Below are positions 26,407-36,554 of a stretch of 64,000 bases of DNA, piece after piece (positions within the stretch are counted from its first letter, which is position 1; the number at the start of each line of letters is the position of its first letter). The notes beneath the pieces are model-generated. The model worked only from the letters and a program-made list of their open reading frames with translations, made no database searches and was not told the origin of the DNA. Made by a program: the position numbers and the translations under genes. This DNA is from an uncultured Alphaproteobacteria bacterium. Its GTDB lineage: Bacteria; Pseudomonadota; Alphaproteobacteria; Rs-D84. The stretch spans positions 136,997-200,996 of the forward strand of contig CANSHD010000002.1 of assembly GCA_947646585.1 (NCBI GenBank). The letters run 5' to 3'.

Positions 26407-27711
26407 TTAAGCCTGCTTAAACAGTTCTTCGGCCTTGACCTTTTTTTCTTTGGTCTTGACGTGGGCCAACATTGCGTCCAACGCCTTGCGTTCGAAAATC
26501 ATCCCGCGCAGCATCGCCAATGCATTCTGGTTTTTGTTATAGAATTCAAAAACCTGCTGCGGGTTCGGATAACGCGCGGCCTCGGCCCATACGGCCTGCT
26601 GCAGGTCGTCACGTGTGACCTCGACCTTGTTCTGGGTGCCCCATTCCGCCAGAACCAGCCCCAGCTTTACGCGGCGTTCCGCTTCCTTGCGTTCTTTTTT
26701 CTCGTCCCATTTGTGGTCGTCGGACTTGCAGTGGTCGTCACAGTGCGCGTGTGCACGGTCGTGTTCGGCTTTTGCCATTTCCAGTTCCTGGGCGACCAAT
26801 GTTTCCGGAACGTCCAGCTTTACCTTGTCCGCCAGAATGTCCAACAGTTCGTTGCGCATTTCACGCTGGGCTGCTTCTGTGTACTGCTCTTTCAAAATGT
26901 TTTCAATATGTGTGCGCAGTGCCGCGACGGATTCCTGGCCGACTGTTTTTGCCAGTTCGTCGTTCAATTCCGGCAGGATATGCTTGCGGATTTCGTGGAT
27001 TTCAACCTCGAAACGGGCGTCTTTGCCCGCCAGATGTTCGGCATGATATTCCGTCGGGAATTTTACGTTTACATCGAATTTGTCGCCGGTCTTGTGGCCG
27101 ATAATCTGGTCTTCAAAGCCCGGGATGAACGCGCCGCTGCCCAAAATCAGGTGGTGCTTTTTCGCCTCGCCGCCTTCGAACGCCGTGTCGCCGACAAAGC
27201 CCTTGAAGTCAATTACTGCAACGTCGCCGTCGGCCGCTTTGTATTTCTCGTCCTGTTTTTCAGCGGTGCTGCGGTTTTTGCGGATGTTTTCCAGCGATTT
27301 TTCAACCTCTGCCGGGTCCAAATCCGCAACTTTTTTTGTTACCGTGAACTTTTCCAGGTCGATGGCCGGCAATGTCGGCAGAATGTCGAATTCTAGGCTG
27401 TATTCGGCGTCTTTGCCGATTTCCCAGCCCGCCAGGTCCGCTTTCGGTGCGCCGGCCAAACGAATTTTCTTTGATGCGATATATTCGTTTAAGTCCTTGT
27501 TCATTAACTTGTCAATAGCCTCGCCGTATGCCGACGCATTGTATTTCTGGCGCAGAACGGACAACGGAATATGACCCGGGCGGAATCCCGGCATTTTCGC
27601 CTTTTTACCGTATTCTGTTAAAATTTCGTCCGCCGCCGCCTGCAAATCGTCCGCCGATATCAGGCCGGTCACGGAATAATGCAAATCTTTGATTTTTTCT
27701 TTTTTGAACAT
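26407..27711 (-). CDS. tig: Trigger factor
   Basis: 434 aa with N-terminal ribosome-binding, PPIase and C-terminal domains. Contains an unusual His/Cys-rich insert, HDRAHAHCDDHCKSDDHKWDEKKERK. Confidence 0.95.
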   Translation of the reverse strand: MFKKEKIKDLHYSVTGLISADDLQAAADEILTEYGKKAKMPGFRPGHIPLSVLRQKYNASAYGEAIDKLMNKDLNEYIASKKIRLAGAPKADLAGWEIGKDAEYSLEFDILPTLPAIDLEKFTVTKKVADLDPAEVEKSLENIRKNRSTAEKQDEKYKAADGDVAVIDFKGFVGDTAFEGGEAKKHHLILGSGAFIPGFEDQIIGHKTGDKFDVNVKFPTEYHAEHLAGKDARFEVEIHEIRKHILPELNDELAKTVGQESVAALRTHIENILKEQYTEAAQREMRNELLDILADKVKLDVPETLVAQELEMAKAEHDRAHAHCDDHCKSDDHKWDEKKERKEAERRVKLGLVLAEWGTQNKVEVTRDDLQQAVWAEAARYPNPQQVFEFYNKNQNALAMLRGMIFERKALDAMLAHVKTKEKKVKAEELFKQA

Positions 27712-27850
27712 ATTTTTCCCCTAAAGAACAGTGAAATTGCGCTGTGATTATACACGCTTTTTTTATAAACGCAAGTATGATAATTCTCTTTTTATTGACT
27801 TGAGGGTACGGGGCGTATAAACTGTGCCTGAAAAGGAAAAGGTATAAAAA

Positions 27851-28087
27851 ATGAAATTCAAAGATGAGTTGGACATGAGATTAAAAGCACAGGCCTGGGG
27901 CCAGATGCTGGCGACAGTTACAATGGCCGGAGTGCTATGTCTGGCGTATGCGTGCGGATGGTTGTCTGCGGATAAAGAGGACAAGACTGCGGACAAGGCG
28001 CCCCAGGAAAAAGTCAGAACCGTTTCAGACTCTGTGCCCACGCCCCATGCATGCAATATGTACAGCGCATCCCAAAAAGTACGATAA
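27851..28087 (+). CDS. Small membrane-anchored hypothetical protein (78 aa)
   Basis: RBS aaaagg. TM segment MLATVTMAGVLCLAYACGWL. A strong terminator at 28086-28121 follows. Confidence 0.4.
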   Translation: MKFKDELDMRLKAQAWGQMLATVTMAGVLCLAYACGWLSADKEDKTADKAPQEKVRTVSDSVPTPHACNMYSASQKVR

Positions 28088-28121
28088 AAAACACCCCGGT
28101 CAAAATCCGGGGTGTTTTTTT
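28086..28121 (+). terminator. Intrinsic terminator
   Basis: acaccccggtcaaaatccggggtgttttttt. Confidence 0.7.
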
Positions 28122-28149
28122 ACCTGTTTGGGTGCACAAAATCAAATAA

Positions 28150-28177
28150 AAAAAGACCCGCAATTCGCGGGTTTTTA
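28150..28177. terminator. Bidirectional terminator
   Basis: aaaaagacccgcaattcgcgggttttt. Confidence 0.6.
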
Positions 28178-28180
28178 TCA

Positions 28181-28573
28181 TTAGCGCAGTTTTATATCAT
28201 ATGCGGCTGCAATGATGTTAACAGTGCAGGTGTTTCTATCAATAAATTTTTGTGTATATTTCAGAATTTCTTCCTGCTTTTGTTTGCGGTCTGCGGTCAA
28301 AGAGTCGGCGACAGCTTTGTTTTCTATGTGTTTAATAATGTTAATTTCGTCTTCCAGCCAGGCTATCTTTTCGGTGTTGGCGGTTAACAGGCTGTCGGAC
28401 TGAAGGGCCAGTTTTTGCATGCATTCCAGAGCGACCTCCTGTTGTTTATGTTTTTTGTATTTACCTAATGCGTGGACCATGCCGCCCGCCCCGGCGCAGA
28501 TAATTGCTGTAAATAGTGCGCACAGTGCCAATTGTGTTTGCTTTGGATATTTGTGGTTAAAAATATTTTTCAT
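28181..28573 (-). CDS. Hypothetical membrane-anchored coiled-coil protein
   Basis: Start taken at MKNIFNHKYPKQTQLALCALFTAIICAGAGG. No motif recognised. Confidence 0.4.
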   Translation of the reverse strand: MKNIFNHKYPKQTQLALCALFTAIICAGAGGMVHALGKYKKHKQQEVALECMQKLALQSDSLLTANTEKIAWLEDEINIIKHIENKAVADSLTADRKQKQEEILKYTQKFIDRNTCTVNIIAAAYDIKLR

Positions 28574-28624
28574 TTTATGTTCTCGTTTTTTGGATTTTAT
28601 ATAACAAAAAATTGAAAAATCAAA

Positions 28625-28652
28625 TAAAAAACCGCCGTTTGGCGGTTTTTTG
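28625..28652 (-). terminator. Terminator of the rplM-rpsI operon
   Basis: aaaaaaccgccgtttggcggtttttt. Confidence 0.6.
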
Positions 28653-28671
28653 TTCGTTGCAAACAATACGA

Positions 28672-29160
28672 TTAACGCTTGCTGAACTGTGTCGAACGAC
28701 GAGCCTTGCGAACACCGTAGTGCTTACGTTCAACAACACGGCTGTCGCGTGTCAGGAAGCCCGCAGCCTTTAATGCAGCGCGCAATTCCGGTTCCGCTTT
28801 TTCCAATGCTTTGGAAATACCGTGCTTTACGGCGCCCGCCTGGCCGGACAGACCGCCGCCCAGAACGAATGCGTGAATATCGTACGCTGTTTCACGCTTT
28901 GTAACGGCAAACGGCTGAGCGATAATCATCTGCAACACCGGACGACGGAAATATTCGCCCATCGGTGTTTCGTTAACAAAGATGTTGCCCTTACCCGGAA
29001 CCATGTAAACACGGGCAACGGAATCCTTACGCTTACCGGTGGCATATGTCGCACCGTTCAGCTTAACCGATACTTTCGGCGCCTTTTTAGCGGCGGATTT
29101 CGCCGGGGCGGCTTTCTTGGTTGTTTTTGCCGCGCTTGCGGTCTTTTTTGTTTCTGTCAT
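28672..29160 (-). CDS. rpsI: 30S ribosomal protein S9, with a roughly 35-aa Lys/Ala-rich N-terminal extension
   Basis: C-terminal ...[21 protein letters not shown]. Confidence 0.9.
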   Translation of the reverse strand: MTETKKTASAAKTTKKAAPAKSAAKKAPKVSVKLNGATYATGKRKDSVARVYMVPGKGNIFVNETPMGEYFRRPVLQMIIAQPFAVTKRETAYDIHAFVLGGGLSGQAGAVKHGISKALEKAEPELRAALKAAGFLTRDSRVVERKHYGVRKARRSTQFSKR

Positions 29161-29633
29161 TATTCGCCCCTTTTATTTTTACGGTTCAAAGAACCAAAAT
29201 CGATAACAACCGGTTTCTGAGCTTCGTGTTTGTGTTCTGCGCCCGCATATACGTGCAGTTTGGTCAAACGCTGGTTCGCCAATGCAACCGCTGTGCGACG
29301 GCCCATCATGCGCTTTACCGCGTTGAATACCAACTTTTCCGGTTTTTCATTGCGCATCTGGCCCAGTGTGCGTTCTTTCAAAGAACCGGTCCACAAAGAA
29401 TGCCAAAAGAACTTTGTCTTATCCGCTTTTTTGCCAGACAAGGCAACCTTGTCGGCGTTGATGATGATTACATGGTCGCCGCAATCCATATTCGGTGTCC
29501 ATGTCGGCTTGTTTTTGCCGCGCAGAATGTTTGCGGTGAATGCCGCCAAACGTCCCAGCGTGCAATCAGTTGCGTCAATCAGATACCATTTGGCCTCTAA
29601 TTCGCACTTTTTTAACGATTTTGTCGCTGCCAT
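29160..29633 (-). CDS. rplM: 50S ribosomal protein L13
   Basis: 157 aa, KWYLIDA... Confidence 0.9.
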   Translation of the reverse strand: MAATKSLKKCELEAKWYLIDATDCTLGRLAAFTANILRGKNKPTWTPNMDCGDHVIIINADKVALSGKKADKTKFFWHSLWTGSLKERTLGQMRNEKPEKLVFNAVKRMMGRRTAVALANQRLTKLHVYAGAEHKHEAQKPVVIDFGSLNRKNKRGE

Positions 29634-29742
29634 TATTTATACCTTTTTATTATTAAAGCGTCGCCATTATGGCGCAACGTCCTGAAAAAGTCAAGAAAAA
29701 TCGATATGGTATTATCGTACCGCGTCTTGCCTGTGGTTTATA

Positions 29743-30036
29743 CTATGAATAGTGACAGTTTTCTGTCAGAACATAATTGCCGGTTGTGTCGCTGTATTCT
29801 CCGGCCGGCATATAGCATGCGCCGATATCGGTGCTGTTCTCGTTGTCACTGGTCGGAGAGCCGTGTACTTCGTTGCTGCCGTTTGGGCGCGGTGGCGGAC
29901 ATTGGCGGCATGTATTGGTATCCGTAAGATAGTACTTGCTTTTGCACTTTGTGTAATAATTTGTAAGTGTCACGCACTCGGCGATTGCGGTTGTCGGAAT
30001 GATGGTTGCAATAATTATACAATATATTGTTTTCAT
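29743..30036 (-). CDS. Small secreted Cys-rich protein (97 aa), distant member of the family
   Basis: Signal peptide. C-terminal CRQCPPPRPNG...GACYMPAGEYSDTTGNYVLTENCHYS echoes the family C-terminus. Confidence 0.5.
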   Translation of the reverse strand: MKTIYCIIIATIIPTTAIAECVTLTNYYTKCKSKYYLTDTNTCRQCPPPRPNGSNEVHGSPTSDNENSTDIGACYMPAGEYSDTTGNYVLTENCHYS

Positions 30037-30052
30037 GGTGTGGCCTTTTTGC

Positions 30053-30406
30053 TTATACCTGGTCCTGACAGGGGCACAATGGTAATGTTGTATCTGTTAC
30101 GACTTCATATCCGGTAAGGCCGGTTGTCGGCTCGCATGTACCGGAAGGATATGATGAATAATACCAGCCGCTGTTGTCTTCTGTTTGAGCTGTAGGGGCT
30201 GGCGGCCGTGCAGTGCATGTGTTGTTCCTTGACACAAATCCTGTCGGGCAGACTGGTCCGTAGACCCCTTTGCAGCGTTTGGTTTTATCATTACAAATGG
30301 TATTACAGCACGCTGTGGCCGTGGCATATGTGACGGCAATTGCGGGTTTGACGCAGTAAACGCATGCAATTATGCCAACTGTGCATGTATATGTAAAAAG
30401 TTTCAC
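30053..30406 (-). CDS. Small secreted Cys-rich protein (117 aa)
   Basis: GTG start with RBS aggag. Signal peptide. 12 Cys. Confidence 0.5.
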   Translation of the reverse strand: MKLFTYTCTVGIIACVYCVKPAIAVTYATATACCNTICNDKTKRCKGVYGPVCPTGFVSRNNTCTARPPAPTAQTEDNSGWYYSSYPSGTCEPTTGLTGYEVVTDTTLPLCPCQDQV

Positions 30407-30712
30407 TTTTTCTCCTCTTGATAAAAAACGACCGTTTTATTTCGGCATTTTTTAGTGTTGACACGAGTTGGTTTTCCGGGATAAAATGAATGCAGATACA
30501 CAATTGGGAAAACGGTCCTTTGCATTATGCATGGGATTTTTTTATATAACGCGTTAAATTTAGCCGAAAAATTACATGTAGTCGGCACGAAATTTTTATA
30601 TAAGAATATTTTGATTATTTCGGCGTAATACCCGGGAACGTGTGGGATGGTGATTTTTGGAAAGTATTGCTTTGGGCGTGTTAAATTCCGGGCAAAAAGC
30701 AAACGTCGCTGT

Positions 30713-31795
30713 TTATTGCTGATGTTTTGTATTTTTAGACTGCAACGCGTCGCTGTTTGCGACGATGCATGCCCTGAACTGGCCGACGCATGTGGTTATG
30801 TCGTTGCGGGTACTGCCGGATTGTATGGCCTTGTCGCAAGACTTGTTTTCCGCCAGCGCATTTTCACATGGCATGTTGACGCTGCAGTTGGGCTGGTTTT
30901 GGGCGCATGATATCGTCATGTTGTTAAAAGACAACAGTGCGGTTCTGTCCGTGGCCAGCTGGCGCCGTGCCGCGCCAATGTCGCCGGACGTGACGGCGGA
31001 TTGGATTTTTGCAACGTTTCGCAGCAGGCACTGCATGACCGCGGCACTTGTTGTGGCCGTGCCAATACAGTCTTCGGCGTTTGCCAGCCCCTGCTGTGTA
31101 CGGACCCCACCGGAACCGGAGCCGTATCCGTATGATCCGGCGCCGCCGCCGGAGTCGGCATCGCCCGATGCCGACGTTGCGCCCGCTGTCTGTAATTTTG
31201 TGGTAAGGACCGCTTTTTCCAGCTGGGTTCTAAAACGGCGTATCATCGCCTCCATGTAATCGTACTGTTTGTTCATCTGCTGGGCGATTACGGTTGTCTT
31301 AAGGGCGACCACGTCTTTCATCAATTGCTTGTCGGCGCCGGCCGGGTTTGTGTTTTGGCCGATGTTGTATGCATGAACACTGCACAGGGCCAGTGTCGGC
31401 GAAATGCGGTCGTTTTCTTCTTTGTCGCATCCGTCGCCGCCATCGGATGTGCGATGGCCGATAACGGTCACGTCGCCCAGCATTGTGGGGTTGTCTTGTA
31501 ATGTGATTGTCCGGCCGTTTAATTCGCTGGGCGAAAATGTTTGCGGGCTTGTCCCGATATAGCTTATTCGTACCGTTTTTGTTTCGTTCGGTACGTTAAA
31601 ATCAAATCTTCCGTCTATATCGGCCGCCGCACCGCCAATGTTCTTGGTTGTATCCGTTGCACTAAATGCCTGAATTGATGCACCGATGGCCGGTTCGTTA
31701 CCGTCTGCGGTGATAACGCGGCCATGAACACGCACCGCATTTGCGGCGCCAATGCTCATGATAAACAACAACAAAGACAGACAGATTTTATGCAA
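30713..31795 (-). CDS. Secreted protein with an N-terminal CarboxypepD_reg-like beta-sandwich and a Cys-rich C-terminus
   Basis: VRVHGRVITADGNEPAIGASIQAF...TKNIGGAAADIDGRFDFNVP...TVRISYIGTSPQTF fits the CarbopepD_reg pattern. The C-terminal Cys spacing resembles that of the 876- and 797-aa paralogs. Confidence 0.6.
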   Translation of the reverse strand: MHKICLSLLLFIMSIGAANAVRVHGRVITADGNEPAIGASIQAFSATDTTKNIGGAAADIDGRFDFNVPNETKTVRISYIGTSPQTFSPSELNGRTITLQDNPTMLGDVTVIGHRTSDGGDGCDKEENDRISPTLALCSVHAYNIGQNTNPAGADKQLMKDVVALKTTVIAQQMNKQYDYMEAMIRRFRTQLEKAVLTTKLQTAGATSASGDADSGGGAGSYGYGSGSGGVRTQQGLANAEDCIGTATTSAAVMQCLLRNVAKIQSAVTSGDIGAARRQLATDRTALLSFNNMTISCAQNQPNCSVNMPCENALAENKSCDKAIQSGSTRNDITTCVGQFRACIVANSDALQSKNTKHQQ

Positions 31796-31821
31796 AGCCC
31801 TCCTCCCCTCTTTGTATAAGG

Positions 31822-33540
31822 CTACATCTCTTCCGGTACGCGCAGGCCCATCAGGTCAATCGCCCGGGACAGCGTGCGTTGAGCCGCGCGTGCGACGTGC
31901 AGACGCGCGTTGCGCACGTCGGCGGGCACGTCTTCGCGCAGTATCGGACAATTGTGATAGAACGTGTTTATCTGCTGGCACAGGTCGTATGCGTAGTTGG
32001 CAAGCAGGTCTGTCGCGCGGCTGTCAAACGCACTGCGGACCGAGCGTTCAAAATCCAATATTTCAATTATCAGGTTCCGTTCGTCCGCGCATAATTCGGC
32101 GGGCATTGCGGCGACCGCGTCCGGTGCGTCCGCGCGCTTTAACACACTGTTCAGACGTACGGCGGAATACAAAATGTACGGACCGGTGCGTCCCTCGAAA
32201 CTGGTGACGGCGGCCGGGTCGAATATATAGTCGGACTTTACGTCATGCATTAAATCCGTGAATTTCAGCGCGGCCAATGCGATTGAGTCAATCGTTTCAT
32301 CGTCCAGTGTTTTGCTCGCGTCTTCGCAACGGCGACGAACCGCCGCACGCACCATTTCAATTATATCCAACAGGCCCGCCGCATTGCCGTCGCGTGTTTT
32401 AAAGGGCTGGCCCCCGGGACCGTTTATTGTGCCGAAATACAGGTGCTCCAGATTTTCCACCGGGAACAGGTCCAGCATTTCCGCAACGCGAAACACCTGC
32501 TTGAAGTGCAACTGCTGGCGGGCGTCGGTTAAATACCATATCTTGTCCGGGTTGTCTTCGGTCTTGCGGAACCATATCGCGGCCAGGTCGGTGGCCTCGT
32601 AAGTGTCGGCCCCGCGAGAGTTATAGAACATGAACGGCGGCATCGGTTCGGAATCCGTCTCTCTGCGAACCGTGACGATTTCGGCGCCGTCGCTGGGCTG
32701 CAACAGATTGCGTTCACGCAGCATTTTTTCAACCCGGTCCAGATGCATGGATGCATTTCTTTCGCCCAATGTTTTGTCAAACGGCATCATGTTTAATTTG
32801 GCGATAATGTCGTCCATCATGTCCAGCGACACTTTCAGGAACAGGTTGTACAGCGCGGTGTATCCCGGGTGGCCGTTTTGCAGGTCCGCTGTGATTTCAC
32901 GGGCGTGGTTTAGAAAAGCCTCGTCCTCTTTGCCGCGGGCGGATGCCGCCGGATAATATGTGTCCAGTTCGGCCGCCGTTATCGGATAATCCGCCGGATT
33001 TATTTTTGACGCATCAAAATCAGCGGCAAAAAACGGCCATTCCGGGTGCAGGCTTTCGATATATGCGATAACCAGCCCCATCGGTCGGCCCCAGTCGCCG
33101 ATATGGTTGTACGATATTGTCTTGTGGCCTAAAAACTTTGCAATGCGGTTCAATGTGTCGCCAACGATGGATGTACGCAGATGTCCGATATGCAATGATT
33201 TCGCCACGTTGTATGAACCGTAGTCCATATCAATCGTCATTTGTGGCGTTTTCTCAATATCCGTTGCGGTGGCCGCCGCATTCCACAGAAAATCGTTTTT
33301 GATTTTTATGTTGATAAATCCGGGCCCCGCAATGGACGTGTCGGCGACAAAGTCCAATTCCGATATGCGGGCGGCGATGTCCGTGGCCAATTCGCGTGGG
33401 TTGCGTCCGGCGCCGCGCGCCATTACCATTGCGGCGTTTGTTGAAAAATCGCCGAAGTCGCGGTTGCGCGGCACCTCCAGATTTACGGGCGCGCCCAGTT
33501 TTTCATTTATTGCGTCTGATACGTATTTATACAGGTTCAT
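31822..33540 (-). CDS. argS: Arginine--tRNA ligase
   Basis: 572 aa with the HIGH motif (SLHIGHLRTSIVGD). Confidence 0.95.
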   Translation of the reverse strand: MNLYKYVSDAINEKLGAPVNLEVPRNRDFGDFSTNAAMVMARGAGRNPRELATDIAARISELDFVADTSIAGPGFINIKIKNDFLWNAAATATDIEKTPQMTIDMDYGSYNVAKSLHIGHLRTSIVGDTLNRIAKFLGHKTISYNHIGDWGRPMGLVIAYIESLHPEWPFFAADFDASKINPADYPITAAELDTYYPAASARGKEDEAFLNHAREITADLQNGHPGYTALYNLFLKVSLDMMDDIIAKLNMMPFDKTLGERNASMHLDRVEKMLRERNLLQPSDGAEIVTVRRETDSEPMPPFMFYNSRGADTYEATDLAAIWFRKTEDNPDKIWYLTDARQQLHFKQVFRVAEMLDLFPVENLEHLYFGTINGPGGQPFKTRDGNAAGLLDIIEMVRAAVRRRCEDASKTLDDETIDSIALAALKFTDLMHDVKSDYIFDPAAVTSFEGRTGPYILYSAVRLNSVLKRADAPDAVAAMPAELCADERNLIIEILDFERSVRSAFDSRATDLLANYAYDLCQQINTFYHNCPILREDVPADVRNARLHVARAAQRTLSRAIDLMGLRVPEEM

Positions 33541-33556
33541 TGTTGTGTCTTTCTCG

Positions 33557-34837
33557 TTATATTGGCAATACTATGCGAACACGCAGGCCGCCCAAGTCAC
33601 TGTTCTCCAAGAACAGCTGGCCGCCGTGGTTTTCAATCGCGGTCTGGGCGATGGACAGGCCCAGTCCCGTGCCGCCCGTGTCCATGCCGCGGGCATCGTC
33701 CAGGCGGACAAACGGGCGCATCGCGTCGCTTTTCTTGTCATCCGGAATGCCGGGGCCGTCGTCTTCTATTGTGACCTCTACCTGTTCGGGCGTGTCGCGT
33801 TCGGTTATCTTTATCGTTTTGTCCGCATAGCGGGCCGCGTTTTCAATGATATTCCCGAATGCCCGCGCCAGCGCCATAGAGCGCGCATAGAACTGAACCG
33901 GTTCGTCCGGGAAGTCGGTGATGATATTTTTTGTCGGCGCCGCATCACGCGCAATACGCGTCAGCATCGCGGGCAGCTCGGTCGCCTGCTCTATCTCCGG
34001 CATTTCGCCGCGCGCAAACGCCAGATATCCGTTGACCATTTCCGTCATGCGGTCAATGTCGCGCAGCATGTCTTTTTTCGTTGCGGCGCCCGTTTCAACC
34101 CCCAGTCTCATACGTGTCAGCGGTGCCTTTAAGTCATGGCTGACCGCGTTCAACATGTCCGTACGGGTGCGGTTGTAACGGTCCAGGCGCTCTTTCATCT
34201 TTATCATGGCGGATGCCGCCTCGCGTATTTCCTTGGAACCGGTCGGTTCAAATCCCGGCGCGTCCAGACCGCGGCCAAATCGTGACGCCGCGCGCGAAAT
34301 GCGGCGTATGCTGCGCGTATGCAGGATTATGAACGGCGCAATCAAAATGGATACAATCAGCAAGGAGCCCAGCAGCCATATCAAAAACACCTCGGTACTG
34401 GTGGAGTATATTCTGTACAGGGTTGTTGCAAATGTTGCGATTTTGCCGTCGTTGGTCGGAATGTCGATGAATATCAGGCGCTTGCCCTTGTCGATATAGA
34501 TGGAGGACGGACGCTGAACACGGCGGGACAGCTCGCCTGCCAGAGGGCCGGCTTCTTTGGAGTCGTTGTCGTTGTGTTTCGGGCGGTTCAGGTGTTCGTT
34601 AACCGTGACGTTAATCCCGATGCGCTGAGCCATGGAGCGGGTCGCGTCCGTGTCGCCGCGGTCCATAAAGTCCAGCATTGTCGCGATTTCGCCGGCCAGG
34701 CCGCGCGCCATTGTCGAATGAACGCGGTCCCAGTGGTTGCCAAAAAACACGTTGGCAACGATTGTCAGCGCAATAATCAGCGGTATCAGAATCATTAAAA
34801 TGGTTCGCCATAGAAAGCTGCGCGGAATAAGTCTCAT
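33557..34837 (-). CDS. Sensor histidine kinase: two TM segments, periplasmic sensor, HAMP, HisKA, HATPase
   Basis: H-box AVSHDLKAPLTRMRL. G-boxes GGTGLGLSI. Confidence 0.85.
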   Translation of the reverse strand: MRLIPRSFLWRTILMILIPLIIALTIVANVFFGNHWDRVHSTMARGLAGEIATMLDFMDRGDTDATRSMAQRIGINVTVNEHLNRPKHNDNDSKEAGPLAGELSRRVQRPSSIYIDKGKRLIFIDIPTNDGKIATFATTLYRIYSTSTEVFLIWLLGSLLIVSILIAPFIILHTRSIRRISRAASRFGRGLDAPGFEPTGSKEIREAASAMIKMKERLDRYNRTRTDMLNAVSHDLKAPLTRMRLGVETGAATKKDMLRDIDRMTEMVNGYLAFARGEMPEIEQATELPAMLTRIARDAAPTKNIITDFPDEPVQFYARSMALARAFGNIIENAARYADKTIKITERDTPEQVEVTIEDDGPGIPDDKKSDAMRPFVRLDDARGMDTGGTGLGLSIAQTAIENHGGQLFLENSDLGGLRVRIVLPI

Positions 34838-35493
34838 GCCATATCCTTGTTGTCGGTGCCGGGCGCCAGTACAACCATTTTATACCCGCGTCCCCGGATT
34901 GTGATAATATCTATGTTGGATAATACACTATTTAATTTCGCGCGCAAGCGTTTTGCAACCATCGGCGCGGCCGGCGCGATATTTCCCAGCGGGGTCGTCA
35001 AATGAATTAACAGTTTTTTCTCTTCCCCCGACAGCGGCAGTGTGCGCGGCGCATCCGGATTTTCCGGTGTGCGCACGAAAAATTCATCGTCCGCAAACAC
35101 CAGGCCCGCCGGCATCTGCGCGGTGCCGTCGTTCTTGCGGATTATGTTGTTTAAACGCAGCACCAGCTCGCGTAGCTGGAACGGTTTTGCCAGATAGTCG
35201 TTCGCACCCGCGTCCAGGCCCGCAATCGCGTTTTCAGGTCTGCTTAACGCGGTCAGCATTATTACCGGCGTCGCGTCGCCCATTGCGCGGCGGTCGCTTA
35301 AAAAGCCAAGTCCGTCGCGGCCGGTCATCATTCTGTCCAGCACGATTGCGTCAACCGTTAATTTATCGAGAATTTGGGCGCCCTGCTCGGCTGAGTCGGC
35401 GGTGACGACATTGAACCCTTCGGACCGCAGTCCCGCCGCCAGTGTGCGCCGCAGCATGTCGTCATCGTCAATAACAAGTACCGTTTTGTTCAT
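34834..35493 (-). CDS. OmpR-family response regulator
   Basis: Receiver domain (VLVIDDDD...LDRMM) and a winged-helix C-terminus. Overlaps the kinase by 4 bp. Confidence 0.85.
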   Translation of the reverse strand: MNKTVLVIDDDDMLRRTLAAGLRSEGFNVVTADSAEQGAQILDKLTVDAIVLDRMMTGRDGLGFLSDRRAMGDATPVIMLTALSRPENAIAGLDAGANDYLAKPFQLRELVLRLNNIIRKNDGTAQMPAGLVFADDEFFVRTPENPDAPRTLPLSGEEKKLLIHLTTPLGNIAPAAPMVAKRLRAKLNSVLSNIDIITIRGRGYKMVVLAPGTDNKDMA

Positions 35494-36416
35494 TATTTCT
35501 GCATTGGTTCAACCGCGTACTCGCCGGGCTGAATTGTACGCATCGCATTGCTGACGCCGTTTGATTCTATGTCGCTGTCAATGGCGGCGCGGAATTTCAT
35601 GCCGTTGGTTGTAAATTCTGTCTTAAACAGCGCGTATCCTGTACCGCCGCCGGTCGTCGGCCCCTGCAGCCCCAGAGAATAATAACCGCCCATAATGCCG
35701 TAATCCAGGTCGATATAGTCAATGTTCACCATCAGGGATACGTTTGTCATGCCATCGCTGGTCATGTTGCAGGCAAATTCACGGTTTGACAGTGTCGCCT
35801 GGGAATTTATCGGAACAACAATGTCCATAACGGTCGGTTCGCACCGGCGGTCGATGCCGTTGACCAGAAATTCGTATGTCATGCCGACCGTCGCCTTGGA
35901 CAGGCCGGTCGAGATGTTAACCTGTGAAATCGTGGCCTTGGGTATTTTAACCATTGCGTTGGCGATGCCGCTGCGAACGGGGAAAGATATCCCGGACTGC
36001 AGGCAATCGCGCGAGAACGGATCCGCCTCGCATATATATACGCGCGAATGAGAGTTCATCATGAACATGTTGGACAAACTGTTGAACAAAAATGTGCGCG
36101 TAATTTTATCGTTCAGGCGCGTGCATCCGAAATCGCGGCATATAACCATCGGGCGCGATGCAAACGACACACCCGGGTGCATGTAGTATTCGGCCGCCTG
36201 GGCGTCCAGGATTGCCTGGTCGTAATCCAGACTGTCGGCGCGGTCCATAAATTCCGTTTCCGGAATGAAATTCGGGTCGTCGGGGTACGCATAATAAGAC
36301 TGTACCGGCGTTTCGGTATAGATGGTCTGAAGGTTGTCAAGCATAACCTCCTCGGCGCCATGCGCCAGGCCGGTGCAACAAATTGCAAGGATTGCCGTTA
36401 AAATAAATCTAGCCAT
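35493..36416 (-). CDS. Secreted hypothetical protein, first gene of the two-component-system operon
   Basis: Signal peptide MARFILTAILAICCTGLAHGA. No known domain recognised. Confidence 0.55.
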   Translation of the reverse strand: MARFILTAILAICCTGLAHGAEEVMLDNLQTIYTETPVQSYYAYPDDPNFIPETEFMDRADSLDYDQAILDAQAAEYYMHPGVSFASRPMVICRDFGCTRLNDKITRTFLFNSLSNMFMMNSHSRVYICEADPFSRDCLQSGISFPVRSGIANAMVKIPKATISQVNISTGLSKATVGMTYEFLVNGIDRRCEPTVMDIVVPINSQATLSNREFACNMTSDGMTNVSLMVNIDYIDLDYGIMGGYYSLGLQGPTTGGGTGYALFKTEFTTNGMKFRAAIDSDIESNGVSNAMRTIQPGEYAVEPMQK

Positions 36417-36554
36417 ATCAACGCCTTTTATTCTCTCTTGAGAAATATTAGAACATTCGCCATATGCGTGTCAAAGCAAAAATATTTTTATTGAAAATCA
36501 AAACTCATTTGTTCTATAAGTAATGTAAAGAATTTATAACGAAAGGTGGAATGC

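Noticed and set aside
26311-27396. 361-aa plus ORF
   Set aside because: Antisense to tig.
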